DNA of 64,000 bases from a virus (taxonomy: Duplodnaviria > Caudoviricetes): positions 23,530 through 87,529 of the IMG/VR virus record IMGVR_UViG_3300048926_000317. One strand, given 5' to 3'. Position numbers and translations under genes: made by a program. The notes beneath the pieces are model-generated. The model saw only the letters and a list, made by a program, of their open reading frames with translations, had not been told where the DNA came from and made no database searches. Shown piece by piece: positions 52,675-62,694 of this stretch; position 1 is the stretch's first letter; every line of letters begins with the position of its first letter.

Positions 52675-53096
52675 TAACAGGTTTAAATAAATTAGAAATA
52701 TTAGAAAAATTATCTAAAATAAATGAAGTAGTTTTTGTTGGTGGGACCTCAGAATACATTCAAGGCATTAAAGATAATTTGAATGATATTGATATTTCTA
52801 TAAATAACATTGAACCATTAAAAGAATTTGGATATGTATTTAAAGGATTTGACGATTCATTTTATGGTCTTTCTGGAAATAGAGCTTTTATCCCTTTAGA
52901 TAATGTTTTAATAGATATTTTCATTGATGATGTTCAACCTGAATTTACAATAATTAATGGATTTAAATGTGAAACTATACAATCTATGATTATGCTACGT
53001 GAAAATTCTTTAAAATATACTTTTAACGGAAGTTTTAAAAATAGGTTAAAGCTTATAACAAATCTTGAAAGATTAAAAAATATCCCCACTGATTAA
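52671..53096 (+). CDS. minimal nucleotidyltransferase-superfamily protein
   Basis: FVGGTS...G......DIDI and a later IDIF; probable GTG start in a GTGA overlap with the upstream stop. Confidence 0.65.
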   Translation: MITGLNKLEILEKLSKINEVVFVGGTSEYIQGIKDNLNDIDISINNIEPLKEFGYVFKGFDDSFYGLSGNRAFIPLDNVLIDIFIDDVQPEFTIINGFKCETIQSMIMLRENSLKYTFNGSFKNRLKLITNLERLKNIPTD

Positions 53097-53108
53097 GGTG
53101 GGGTTTTA
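53084..53108. terminator. bidirectional terminator
   Basis: CCCCAC/GTGGGG stem with T-runs on both strands, between convergent genes. Confidence 0.75.
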
Positions 53109-53112
53109 TATT

Positions 53113-56100
53113 TTACTTATTCTCTTTAGCTAATTCATTTAATTCTAATTGAATATCTTTAGAGAAAATTTTAAATGATTTTAATTCATCTCGTATAGCC
53201 TGTCCCTCAGTCGAATTTTCATATACTTGTGGAAAGTATTTTTTAATTAATATTGCTTTGGCAACATTTGAATTAGAAGTTGAATATTTAATATCATATA
53301 TTCTAGTATCAGAAGCTGTACTTGAAACTTTATCATTCAATCGTTTATAGGCTTTTTCTAATTCTTTGCCTTGAATTTTCATCTCACTAAATTTATTAGC
53401 AATATCCTTTTCATTAACAGTTCCAGCAGAATATTTTTTAGCTAACATATCTGTTTCGATTTTCAATTTTTCATCAATTAGTATAGCTTTATTTACTTCT
53501 CTTTCAACATCTTCTCTTTCTCGTCTCATTCTATTGAAATCACTAGCTTGCCCAATTAATCTTTTTGTAAATACTTTGGCAATATTTTCTTTTACTTCTT
53601 GAGCTACTTCTGCTTTTGAATTACCTTGGATAACTGCATTTGTAAGATCAGCACCTCCATAAATCATGGTAACAAATGGATTTGTTTCAGGAGTTGTAAC
53701 TATACTTTCAACAAGTGCTTTCATCCTTGCAGGGGAACTTCCTGTCTCTGATCCAATCCCTTTATAAAAATCTTCTACGTTTGGATCTTTGTATCCTTCA
53801 AGTTCTTTTGGAAAATTACTTTTTTTAACATCAAAAGTTACAAATTCATCTTTAAAAAAATCATATCCAGTTTTATAAGTTAAAACTGCTTTAGCTACTG
53901 GATTTTTTGTCATTATACCCGTGGCAAAATCTACTGGATTTGCTAGCTCTATAGGAGTCATGTTCTTATTTGCCACCCAACTAGTTTCTTTTAGAACCTT
54001 AGTAAAATCTTTATCAGGTTTGCCTTCAATCTTTCTAATTACTCCTAACAATCCTTCCTCCATCATATAGGATAACGGAGCAACAAATTGTGTTTTTGCA
54101 ATTTTAAATACATGTCTTTCTCCTTTATCGTCTTTAGAAGGTAATACAATATTTATATAGTTTGCTCTTTGATATTGACTCAAACCATCATATGTACTTA
54201 AAATTATTTCATTAATAGATTTATCTTTATCATCGTCGTCATCACCCATTTGTCTAGCCATTGCTAATAAAGCATAAGACACCCCAATTGCAGTTGATGC
54301 CATTATCCCTCCAGCTTGAAGCATTCTTGTCGAAGTTCCTATTGGATTTCTTCTAAATGCATCAATAGCGACTCTAGTTCCCTGTGTAGCAGCATTTAAA
54401 TATGGCATCACAGCGTCTAAATCTTTAGTATATAATCCCCCTTGATTAAAATCCATAATACTTCTAGCAGAAGCTACCGCTTGATAATAAATATCATCTT
54501 TTTCGTTTTCTGTGGTTACATCATCTAATGATTTTACGCCTAAATCTTTTAATTGATTTTTAATTGATCTTTCAAATATTGCCATTCTTGTCATCATCTC
54601 ACTCCATTTAGAAAGTTTCATTAAAGTAGCTACTTGAAAAAAGTTGCTATCTAATACTTTTTGAATAGCTTTACTTGTTTTTTGTTCACTATCTAATAAT
54701 CCTTGTATATGCAAGAAGTCCATTCCTCCACCATATTCAATGTATTTCTGGAATATAGCATCTTCTTTTCCTTGAAAATCAGATTTAAACATTCTATTTA
54801 TAGCTTTTACTTGATCATAGCCTAACTGAAAAGTTCCCATTAAAAGATTATTACTATATTCCGGAGAAAAAACTAATGTCTGCATAAAGTCTCGTGGCGT
54901 ATTTGTAAATGCAAAAGTTGGATTATATCCAGTTGCCATAGCTTTAATTAATGCTGATCCAGATAGTAATCCTGCTACTCTTTTACTTTTATCATTAAAT
55001 ATTGGATGATCGGCTACGTCATGCCATGTTTCATGTAAAGGTTCAGATAAAAAGAATTCATTTCTTACTCCATCAACATAATAGTAAGCTTTTTTAAATC
55101 CTTGTGGAGTTGAATCATATTGATATTTAGGATTCCCAAATTCTGTTGTTCCAATTATAGGATTATCTTTTATCTGTTTATTAAGTTCTTTAAAATATTC
55201 ATAAAACTTACGATCAGATTTATTAGCAAAATTCTGAGGATCTATTTGATCAAATCTATCTTTTGATTTCCAAAATTCTTCGGTCATGAATTTTCGATTA
55301 ACTTCGTTCATTGCCATTGCTTTATATCGACTTGATAAAGCTGTTTTTAAAAGCCATTCTGCATTATCAATAATTGCACTATCACTGCCTTGGCTAAGGT
55401 TTTTCATTATTTCAGATTTCAAACCTCCATTTTGCCCGCTAAAGTTTTGATAATTACCATCTTCATCTAAATTACCCTCTGCATTTAATAATCTATCAAT
55501 AAAAACTCTTGGTTGATAATCAATATCGATCATATTATCATACGAATCTTGGCTAATTAATCCATTATTTCGCATATCACCAAGTATGTCTTTGAAAGCT
55601 TTAAAATATTCATTAGATCTATTTTCTAAGTCAGTAAATTTCGAATCACCTAATTTAGATTTCATCGCCTCTAATGCTTTAGTAGGATTTGAGTATGGAT
55701 GTTTGATTGGTGGCAAATTGCGTTCAGCTCTGTTTTTTTCAATAGAAATAATACGCTTAGCAACAATCATTGCATTTAAATCTGTTTTTTCATTTAGTTT
55801 TAATCCTTTAAATATTTTTTTCTCTAATTGAGAATATATTTCATTAGCTCTAGATGATGCTCCAGCCATAGTAATCATTCTATTAACAGTATTATTTGCA
55901 CCAATTTCTTGTAATAATTTCTTAGGCAAATATTGTCTGTCAGTAAAATTTTTAATCAATAATCTAGTTGCAGATTTTATTTTTTCTCTACGAGTCATTT
56001 TATTCTGCATTGACTCTACAACTTTATTTTGTTGAGCCTTCATCTGATCATATGCTTGTTCAGGAGTTAAGTTTTCATTATTTATTGAATCATATATATA

Positions 56101-59100
56101 TTGTATTTGGGCATCATAAGTTTCATTTAAAACGCCGGCTTTTTTATTATTAAGTTTTTGTTGACGAATAGATTCTTTAATATCATTAATAGAATCTCCA
56201 TTATTAATCATTGATTCCACTAAAGGCTTCAATTCATTATATTCATCTAAAGTAAATTCTTTCTGTTTAACTCTGCTTTCGGCTTTAGCTCGAATATCAT
56301 CATACAGTTTTGTGAATTCATTAACTGCTACAGATATATCTTTTCGCATTCCTATTTCAGAAGCTTTTCTAATTAGCCTATTTGTTTCAGTAGGAGTAAT
56401 TCTTCCAATATACATATTGCTAGCTAAATGAGACTTAATATCTTTTACTGCAGTTCGCAAAGCACGTTTTTGCTCAAGGGATTTATCTCTTGATGATTTA
56501 TTACTGTCAGATTTAATTTCAGATATTTTTGTTTTATATTTATCAATTATAGATGCTATTTTTTCTTTTGCATCTTGTTTTACTTTTGATACTTGTTGTT
56601 TGGCTTGATCTTTAATATTATTTCTACGAATAGAATCATTTTCTTGAATCAATCTAGCTTGATCTAACATTAAGTTATGAAAGTTATCAACTGTGACTCC
56701 TGATTTAGATGCTTCACTTAAATTATTAAACCATGATGAATTTGTAAGTTCTTCAAATCCAGCCTGCTTCCCATCAGCACTAGTAGTATTTACTATTTTA
56801 GCGAATGTTGTTTTTGGAATAACTTCTTTATTTATTTCGCTCCCTTTTGAGAATTGGATTTTATTATTATTTAAAGAAAATGTTCCTATATTATCTAAAG
56901 CCGATTTTATTTGATTAGCTTCATAAGCTATTATTTCAAGTTTATTATTCCATATTGCACCATCATAAGAATTATTTTTTACACTAGACCAAAATTTAGA
57001 TTCTTCATTTGATTCAGCAATTAATGGGTTGTTAATATTGAGAAAAACAGAATATGTATTACTGTTATTTGAATTTATATAAGATAGATCTTTAGTAAAA
57101 AAGAATCCAAAGCTTGACGGTTTTTGAAGTAAAAATCTTAACTTATTAATAATTCCTTTATTGCCACCCCATTTTTCTGATTCAGATATTTTATCTTTTC
57201 TAAATTCATCAAATTTAGCTTTTGAAGCATGATATACTACTAAAGGCTCGCCATTTTCATCAATAATTTTACTCGCATTTTTAGGGTCGTTTTCCCAATC
57301 ACCAAACCATTTTTTAAACCTTTCAGTCCGAACATCTATCCATTGATTTTCATTTAAATTTGTATCCTCCCCATTAGGAGCTTTTAAATAAGTATTATTC
57401 TCAATCGAATTTATCTTTATTTTTTCTCTTTCTAGATTTATAGAATCAATAACTGATTGTTTAATATTCCCTTTGTTATCAAAATCTGATTTGTTTGCTA
57501 GAGAATATTTAGGATCAATAGAAATATTATTCGATTCAGTTTCTAGTTCTATTCCACTTAATAAATCTCCAATAACTCCTTCTGTAAAATTCTGTAATGA
57601 AGTTTCCGGATTAGTTTTAATTCCAAAATAATTTCCAATTCTTGCAAATACTTTTTTAACCCAATCAGTAAATTCTTTCATTTTACCTTTAGGATTATTA
57701 TTTTTCCACTCCCCATAGTTTCCAATATGAGTATTTAGAGCTTCACTCCAAATTTGATCATCGGTTAAGGTAGAATAATTACCTTCTGTTTTTAATTGAT
57801 TGAAAATTCTTTTACCGGTAACTGTATCTTTAAAAATAGCTAATCCTGTTCTCCAGGCATTGGGCATTAGCTGTTCCCAAAGGTGAGAAAACTCATGTAT
57901 TGGCGTATTTGCATTTAAATTTTCTGGATTAATATATATTGTTCCATCTGATAATTTAAAGCCATAGATGTTATCATTATTTTTAAATTCTAAATCCGTA
58001 GTATTTTCGCCTAATTCATTTGCTCGTTGAGTAGCCTCTTCTAAATTTGTTGTTACATTTAAGTTTTTAAATGCATTTTTAAAAGGTTTTTTAAGCTGTT
58101 CAATTAATGAATTAAAGGATTCTTCACTTATTGGGATGAAAGATTGATCTGATCTTTGTTGTTGGGGAATTGTTTCTTGATTGCTAACATTCTGATTCCT
58201 TTCTCCTTCTGTGTTAAGTGTGGATTGGTTTTCAGATTGGATATTATTTGTTGGGTTGCTTTGTTCATAATCGGGATATGTTTTATTTAATTCTTCCTCT
58301 TTTTGTTCGGGAGATAAATTATTAAACCAACTATCATATTCTTGTGCTAATTGGTTTTGTTGTTCGGCAGTTAAAGTATTATATTCGGATTCTGCAGACT
58401 TTAAGTTTAATGTTGTAGATTCAATGCCTCGAGAAGGAATTAATTTATCTAAAAGATTCTTTGTGGGATTTTGACCTGTTAAGGCAATAAATTTAGATAC
58501 TGCTTCATCATATAATGGATTGTTGGGTCTTTCTGCTTTAGAAGGATCATTAGGATATTTTTTTATAAAATCAACAATATCTTGTGGCGTAACTGATTCT
58601 CCACTGTAGTCACCTGATAGTTGTTCAGATACCTCCTGAGCTATATTATCTAATGACTTTCCTGATTTATTTTTACCAAAATAAGTTCTACCAATAGCAT
58701 TCGTAATATTATTGGCATCATCATTTTGAATAAAACTTTCTCTACTTACATTATTACCTCCAATCACTTGTGCTATAGCCCAATCTTTAGATCCTACTAT
58801 AGCTTGTGAATCAAATTGTGGTGTAGAAATGATTACTTCTGCTAATTCTTTTGGATTCTGTGTTTTGTCAATAGTTTCTTTAACAACTTCGTCAGGTTGC
58901 ATTCCTTCTTGTAAGTTGAGTTCGGTTTCAGGATATTCTTTTGAATTAATATATTCTGCAACATATACATCTTTTTGTTTATTTGTAAGATTTACAGGAT
59001 TATCATTTATATCTAAAAGTTCAAAACTATTACTCCCATCTGGTGAAGTTTTTTCTACAACATTATATTTACCATTCGTACTTACTCTTGAATTTTGAAT

Positions 59101-62100
59101 AGGTACATTTTCAGAAACAGGATTAGCTTCAGAACGATTATTAAATGATTCAAATAATGAAACTGCATCTGATAATTGTGTAGATGCTAATTGCTCTTGC
59201 TCTGGATTTAAATCTACATTATCATTGAAAATTGATTCATCTATCTGAACACTTTGGGTAGTTTTATTGCTTTGACTTTCGGCTGGCTGAATGTTCTGAG
59301 TGGTGTCATTGGCTTGATTCCTAAATTCAATAGGTGCTTCTGTAATGGTTTGTTCGGGGATGTTCGAATTATTTTGTTGGCTCTCATTTTGTTGATTATA
59401 AAAATTATTAATATCATCTTGTGCTTCTTTTTCTGTTTCAGCCACAAATTTTTCGCCATTTAAACTATATTCAAAGTTTGGTCTACCTTTTAAAAAATTA
59501 CGATTGAACCAATTTAATTTTGTAATACTATTTAAATCTTGTTCCTGAGTAGCTATTCTATTTTCGGAAGTTGTTGATGTCTCAGTTTGTTGGGATTGAC
59601 TCTCTGTAGTTGAGGCTTGCTCTTGTATTGTTTCTGGTTGCGATGCGGATTGTGCTGTTTGTTCATTATTTTGATCATTATCTAATAGTGAATTTACTTC
59701 TGTAGAAAGTGTTTCAACTTCTTGCTGAATACGACCTTTAAAAACTCCATCATCTGTCGTTTCTGATTTCTTTTTTCTATCTATTTCTTGTAATATTGGG
59801 ATTACTTGATTAATAGTTTGAGTTGAATAATTTTCAACATCAGGAATCTTTTTAATATACTTTTGTCTTTCTTTTACCTCGGCAAGTATCTTATCTGCTT
59901 CGTTTTCCTGTGAATCAAAAAATGCATTATCTCTAAAGTTTTGTAACATATTAACACCTTCATTTGTACGTGCTAATTCTGTTACTAATTCATTTCGAGT
60001 AAGATTTGTTAAGTCTATTTTTCTTCCTCCTACTTCTGCCTGATTTACTCTCCCTCCTAATCCAGAAGCTATAATTGATGGCACAACAGTGCCTACAAAA
60101 ACATCTTTATAATCTTGAACATCTGAAACTTGTAATTTTTTATCCCCTAAAGTATTTACTATAACATTACTAAAATCCTGTGTTAATTGTTGAACATTTT
60201 CTTCTATAAGTTCTTTTCCTGAATTTTCTAAAGCTTTTTTTGTAAATGATTGAATTCCTAATAATGCCTTTTGAGTATTATTCTCCATTAATGCAGATAC
60301 AATAGCTTTCTGTTCTGAATTTATAGTTTTTAAGAAGTTAGTATCTGGATTTATCTTTTGGATTACGGCAAGTAAATAAGATGTTGATAATGCATATAAA
60401 TTTCGGTTTAACTCAGATTCAATTCCTCCATTTTTAGCAGCCATATAGTTATCGTTGTACATCTGAACAGTCCATCCGTTTACCATTGCACTAGTGGGAG
60501 ATTGAGAAAGGCGAGCATAACTTGATGCTAATTTTGATAGTTGGCTTCCTTCACCAAATACAGATGCTATTTTTTTTGAATTAGCTAGAGCTGTAGATAA
60601 TTTTGATGCTGTATTAGAAATGGCTCCGCCTGTTCTTTCTGTAACCAAAATGTCTGCTAACATTTTAGATGTTACAAAAGCTAATCCAGAAATATTGTAT
60701 TCTGTATCTTCGCTAGTCTTTTCTAATTTTGACTTATCTACATTAGTAGGTCTGAATAAAGTTCCGTCTTTATTTACTCCATATAAATTTCCATTTACTT
60801 CTTTATAATTTGAATTTCCGGCTTTATAGTTTATTACTCTATCTGAGATTCTGGCAATATCAACATTTCCTACTGATATAGGTTCTGATAAAATATCAAT
60901 AGCATCATTTACATTTCCTTTTCCAAATGGTGTAGCTCCAATTCTTAATATCCCTGTTGCAGCATTTTGAATTGACGTTTCTGCTCCAAGTAAAACATTA
61001 CCTAAAACATTTTGGATGTTTGCCGAAGTATCACCATTTTGTACTCGTAATTGAAAATCATCTTTCTCTTTTTGGATTTTTAAAGTTTTTGAGAAGTTAT
61101 TTTGTATTGAATTATATTCTTGATTTCTAGCAGTTAATTTATCACTAGCTAAATTATAATTTGTCAGAGCATTATTCATTTTATCAACCTCGGTTTGATA
61201 AGCGTCTACATTATTTTCTTCTCTATACTTTTTTGCTTTTGCATCAGCATCCTCAAAACTTCTTTGATTTATTTCTAAATCTAATCGGTCATTTCTACCT
61301 TTCCAGTTTAGAAAAGTTTCAAATAATTCTTTTCTGCGACCTTGTTCTTTTTTTGTTTGGTTGCTTTTAATCCATGAGGAATCAAACATTGCTTTGCCAG
61401 TGTCATTCATGAAATCTCCAAACTCTGCAATATTTTCTGGATTGTTGAAATATTGTTGATAGAATCTATATTCATCTTTTTCATCATCTAAAAAATTATC
61501 TGGAGTTCCCAAAAACATATCTCTAACATAGCTATTACCTATAGCTAATTTTTGAGGGTCTGTTAATCCTTGCTTTTCAGATGTTACTTGTTGCAAAACA
61601 GTGTTATAATCAAGATTAGGATTTTCTTTTAGCCTTTTTTCAGTTTCTAGATTTATTTCTAATTGATTTCTAGTTTCAGGCGTTCCCAACTGTTGAATTT
61701 GATCCTCTGTAAATAACACTCCATATTCTTTCTGTAAATCATTTAAATACTGAACGCTTTCAGGAGCCTGTGGAGTATTGCCAATATTACCTTGATTAAA
61801 ATGAGCACGATCGATATTTTCTTTGCCGGCTTGCGTGTTTAGATCATTAATGTAATTATTGAAATTATCTTTATAGGAATCGCTTAAAATTTCATATTTA
61901 TAATTTCCTGTTTTTTCATCAACTCCATTTATAACTACATCGCCTCTCTTTTCTAAATCAGATAGATTATCATTACTTTGTTTTACTTCTTCTGGTGAAG
62001 TTACCCATGCCGTATATTCAATTCCTTTTTCTACTAATGGGATTTTATTATTTAGATAATCTTTATCAGCGTATTCCTTAACAAAGTCTTTTGTTTTAGC

Positions 62101-62688
62101 ATCTTCTACAGATTTGTTTTTTGTTTCTAAATCAAGCTCTTCTTGTGTTAATGGTTTAAATTCAACTTTGGGATTTTCTGTTGGGGCATTATCCTTTCCC
62201 GCTAAAAATTCTAAAGCAGTATTTCCACCAATATTAATACCTGGAGTTATTGGCGTGTTTAAGTCTTTAATTATATTTCCTGAAAATACAGGAGCTATTT
62301 GAACGGGTTTTAATATTGGCGTGCTGGTAGCATCTAAATTTAATTCAGGGCCATTATCTTGTGATATAGAACCCGATTCCGATGAAGGTTGAACCAATAT
62401 AGAACCCGATTCCATAGAATTTTCTGTTGGTAATATTGGCTGTGTCACCGTTTGTTCGAATCTTGGATCTACTTGATTCGTTGGGTTTCCTGATAATTGT
62501 TCTGTTACTACGTCGGGGATTATGGGCTGATCGGTATTTGCCGGCTCTACTTTTTTTTTTATTTCCTCTTGAATGATGTCAATATACTTTTGCCCAAAAC
62601 TATCATAAGTTTCATTGAACATTTCTTCAGTAACATTTGGATTTACTGATTTATATTGATTGTAGATGGCTAATAATTCTTCGTTCAT
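53113..62688 (-). CDS. 3191-aa polyvalent virion (ejection-type) protein: zincin-like metallopeptidase, ART-PolyVal-like domain and C-terminal LPD38-like domain
   Basis: HEFSH at 57883-57897; FKKWFGDW...VVYHAS...GFFFT...FLNINNPL...EII...NQIKS; C-terminal YQRANYINI...FKIAK region. Confidence 0.8.
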   Translation of the reverse strand: MNEELLAIYNQYKSVNPNVTEEMFNETYDSFGQKYIDIIQEEIKKKVEPANTDQPIIPDVVTEQLSGNPTNQVDPRFEQTVTQPILPTENSMESGSILVQPSSESGSISQDNGPELNLDATSTPILKPVQIAPVFSGNIIKDLNTPITPGINIGGNTALEFLAGKDNAPTENPKVEFKPLTQEELDLETKNKSVEDAKTKDFVKEYADKDYLNNKIPLVEKGIEYTAWVTSPEEVKQSNDNLSDLEKRGDVVINGVDEKTGNYKYEILSDSYKDNFNNYINDLNTQAGKENIDRAHFNQGNIGNTPQAPESVQYLNDLQKEYGVLFTEDQIQQLGTPETRNQLEINLETEKRLKENPNLDYNTVLQQVTSEKQGLTDPQKLAIGNSYVRDMFLGTPDNFLDDEKDEYRFYQQYFNNPENIAEFGDFMNDTGKAMFDSSWIKSNQTKKEQGRRKELFETFLNWKGRNDRLDLEINQRSFEDADAKAKKYREENNVDAYQTEVDKMNNALTNYNLASDKLTARNQEYNSIQNNFSKTLKIQKEKDDFQLRVQNGDTSANIQNVLGNVLLGAETSIQNAATGILRIGATPFGKGNVNDAIDILSEPISVGNVDIARISDRVINYKAGNSNYKEVNGNLYGVNKDGTLFRPTNVDKSKLEKTSEDTEYNISGLAFVTSKMLADILVTERTGGAISNTASKLSTALANSKKIASVFGEGSQLSKLASSYARLSQSPTSAMVNGWTVQMYNDNYMAAKNGGIESELNRNLYALSTSYLLAVIQKINPDTNFLKTINSEQKAIVSALMENNTQKALLGIQSFTKKALENSGKELIEENVQQLTQDFSNVIVNTLGDKKLQVSDVQDYKDVFVGTVVPSIIASGLGGRVNQAEVGGRKIDLTNLTRNELVTELARTNEGVNMLQNFRDNAFFDSQENEADKILAEVKERQKYIKKIPDVENYSTQTINQVIPILQEIDRKKKSETTDDGVFKGRIQQEVETLSTEVNSLLDNDQNNEQTAQSASQPETIQEQASTTESQSQQTETSTTSENRIATQEQDLNSITKLNWFNRNFLKGRPNFEYSLNGEKFVAETEKEAQDDINNFYNQQNESQQNNSNIPEQTITEAPIEFRNQANDTTQNIQPAESQSNKTTQSVQIDESIFNDNVDLNPEQEQLASTQLSDAVSLFESFNNRSEANPVSENVPIQNSRVSTNGKYNVVEKTSPDGSNSFELLDINDNPVNLTNKQKDVYVAEYINSKEYPETELNLQEGMQPDEVVKETIDKTQNPKELAEVIISTPQFDSQAIVGSKDWAIAQVIGGNNVSRESFIQNDDANNITNAIGRTYFGKNKSGKSLDNIAQEVSEQLSGDYSGESVTPQDIVDFIKKYPNDPSKAERPNNPLYDEAVSKFIALTGQNPTKNLLDKLIPSRGIESTTLNLKSAESEYNTLTAEQQNQLAQEYDSWFNNLSPEQKEEELNKTYPDYEQSNPTNNIQSENQSTLNTEGERNQNVSNQETIPQQQRSDQSFIPISEESFNSLIEQLKKPFKNAFKNLNVTTNLEEATQRANELGENTTDLEFKNNDNIYGFKLSDGTIYINPENLNANTPIHEFSHLWEQLMPNAWRTGLAIFKDTVTGKRIFNQLKTEGNYSTLTDDQIWSEALNTHIGNYGEWKNNNPKGKMKEFTDWVKKVFARIGNYFGIKTNPETSLQNFTEGVIGDLLSGIELETESNNISIDPKYSLANKSDFDNKGNIKQSVIDSINLEREKIKINSIENNTYLKAPNGEDTNLNENQWIDVRTERFKKWFGDWENDPKNASKIIDENGEPLVVYHASKAKFDEFRKDKISESEKWGGNKGIINKLRFLLQKPSSFGFFFTKDLSYINSNNSNTYSVFLNINNPLIAESNEESKFWSSVKNNSYDGAIWNNKLEIIAYEANQIKSALDNIGTFSLNNNKIQFSKGSEINKEVIPKTTFAKIVNTTSADGKQAGFEELTNSSWFNNLSEASKSGVTVDNFHNLMLDQARLIQENDSIRRNNIKDQAKQQVSKVKQDAKEKIASIIDKYKTKISEIKSDSNKSSRDKSLEQKRALRTAVKDIKSHLASNMYIGRITPTETNRLIRKASEIGMRKDISVAVNEFTKLYDDIRAKAESRVKQKEFTLDEYNELKPLVESMINNGDSINDIKESIRQQKLNNKKAGVLNETYDAQIQYIYDSINNENLTPEQAYDQMKAQQNKVVESMQNKMTRREKIKSATRLLIKNFTDRQYLPKKLLQEIGANNTVNRMITMAGASSRANEIYSQLEKKIFKGLKLNEKTDLNAMIVAKRIISIEKNRAERNLPPIKHPYSNPTKALEAMKSKLGDSKFTDLENRSNEYFKAFKDILGDMRNNGLISQDSYDNMIDIDYQPRVFIDRLLNAEGNLDEDGNYQNFSGQNGGLKSEIMKNLSQGSDSAIIDNAEWLLKTALSSRYKAMAMNEVNRKFMTEEFWKSKDRFDQIDPQNFANKSDRKFYEYFKELNKQIKDNPIIGTTEFGNPKYQYDSTPQGFKKAYYYVDGVRNEFFLSEPLHETWHDVADHPIFNDKSKRVAGLLSGSALIKAMATGYNPTFAFTNTPRDFMQTLVFSPEYSNNLLMGTFQLGYDQVKAINRMFKSDFQGKEDAIFQKYIEYGGGMDFLHIQGLLDSEQKTSKAIQKVLDSNFFQVATLMKLSKWSEMMTRMAIFERSIKNQLKDLGVKSLDDVTTENEKDDIYYQAVASARSIMDFNQGGLYTKDLDAVMPYLNAATQGTRVAIDAFRRNPIGTSTRMLQAGGIMASTAIGVSYALLAMARQMGDDDDDKDKSINEIILSTYDGLSQYQRANYINIVLPSKDDKGERHVFKIAKTQFVAPLSYMMEEGLLGVIRKIEGKPDKDFTKVLKETSWVANKNMTPIELANPVDFATGIMTKNPVAKAVLTYKTGYDFFKDEFVTFDVKKSNFPKELEGYKDPNVEDFYKGIGSETGSSPARMKALVESIVTTPETNPFVTMIYGGADLTNAVIQGNSKAEVAQEVKENIAKVFTKRLIGQASDFNRMRREREDVEREVNKAILIDEKLKIETDMLAKKYSAGTVNEKDIANKFSEMKIQGKELEKAYKRLNDKVSSTASDTRIYDIKYSTSNSNVAKAILIKKYFPQVYENSTEGQAIRDELKSFKIFSKDIQLELNELAKENK

Positions 62689-62694
62689 TATATT

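Noticed and set aside
53113-62688. Virion RNA polymerase as in crAss-like or N4-like phages
   Set aside because: No DxDGD/DFDID-type catalytic motif seen; the recognisable motifs fit a polyvalent protein instead.
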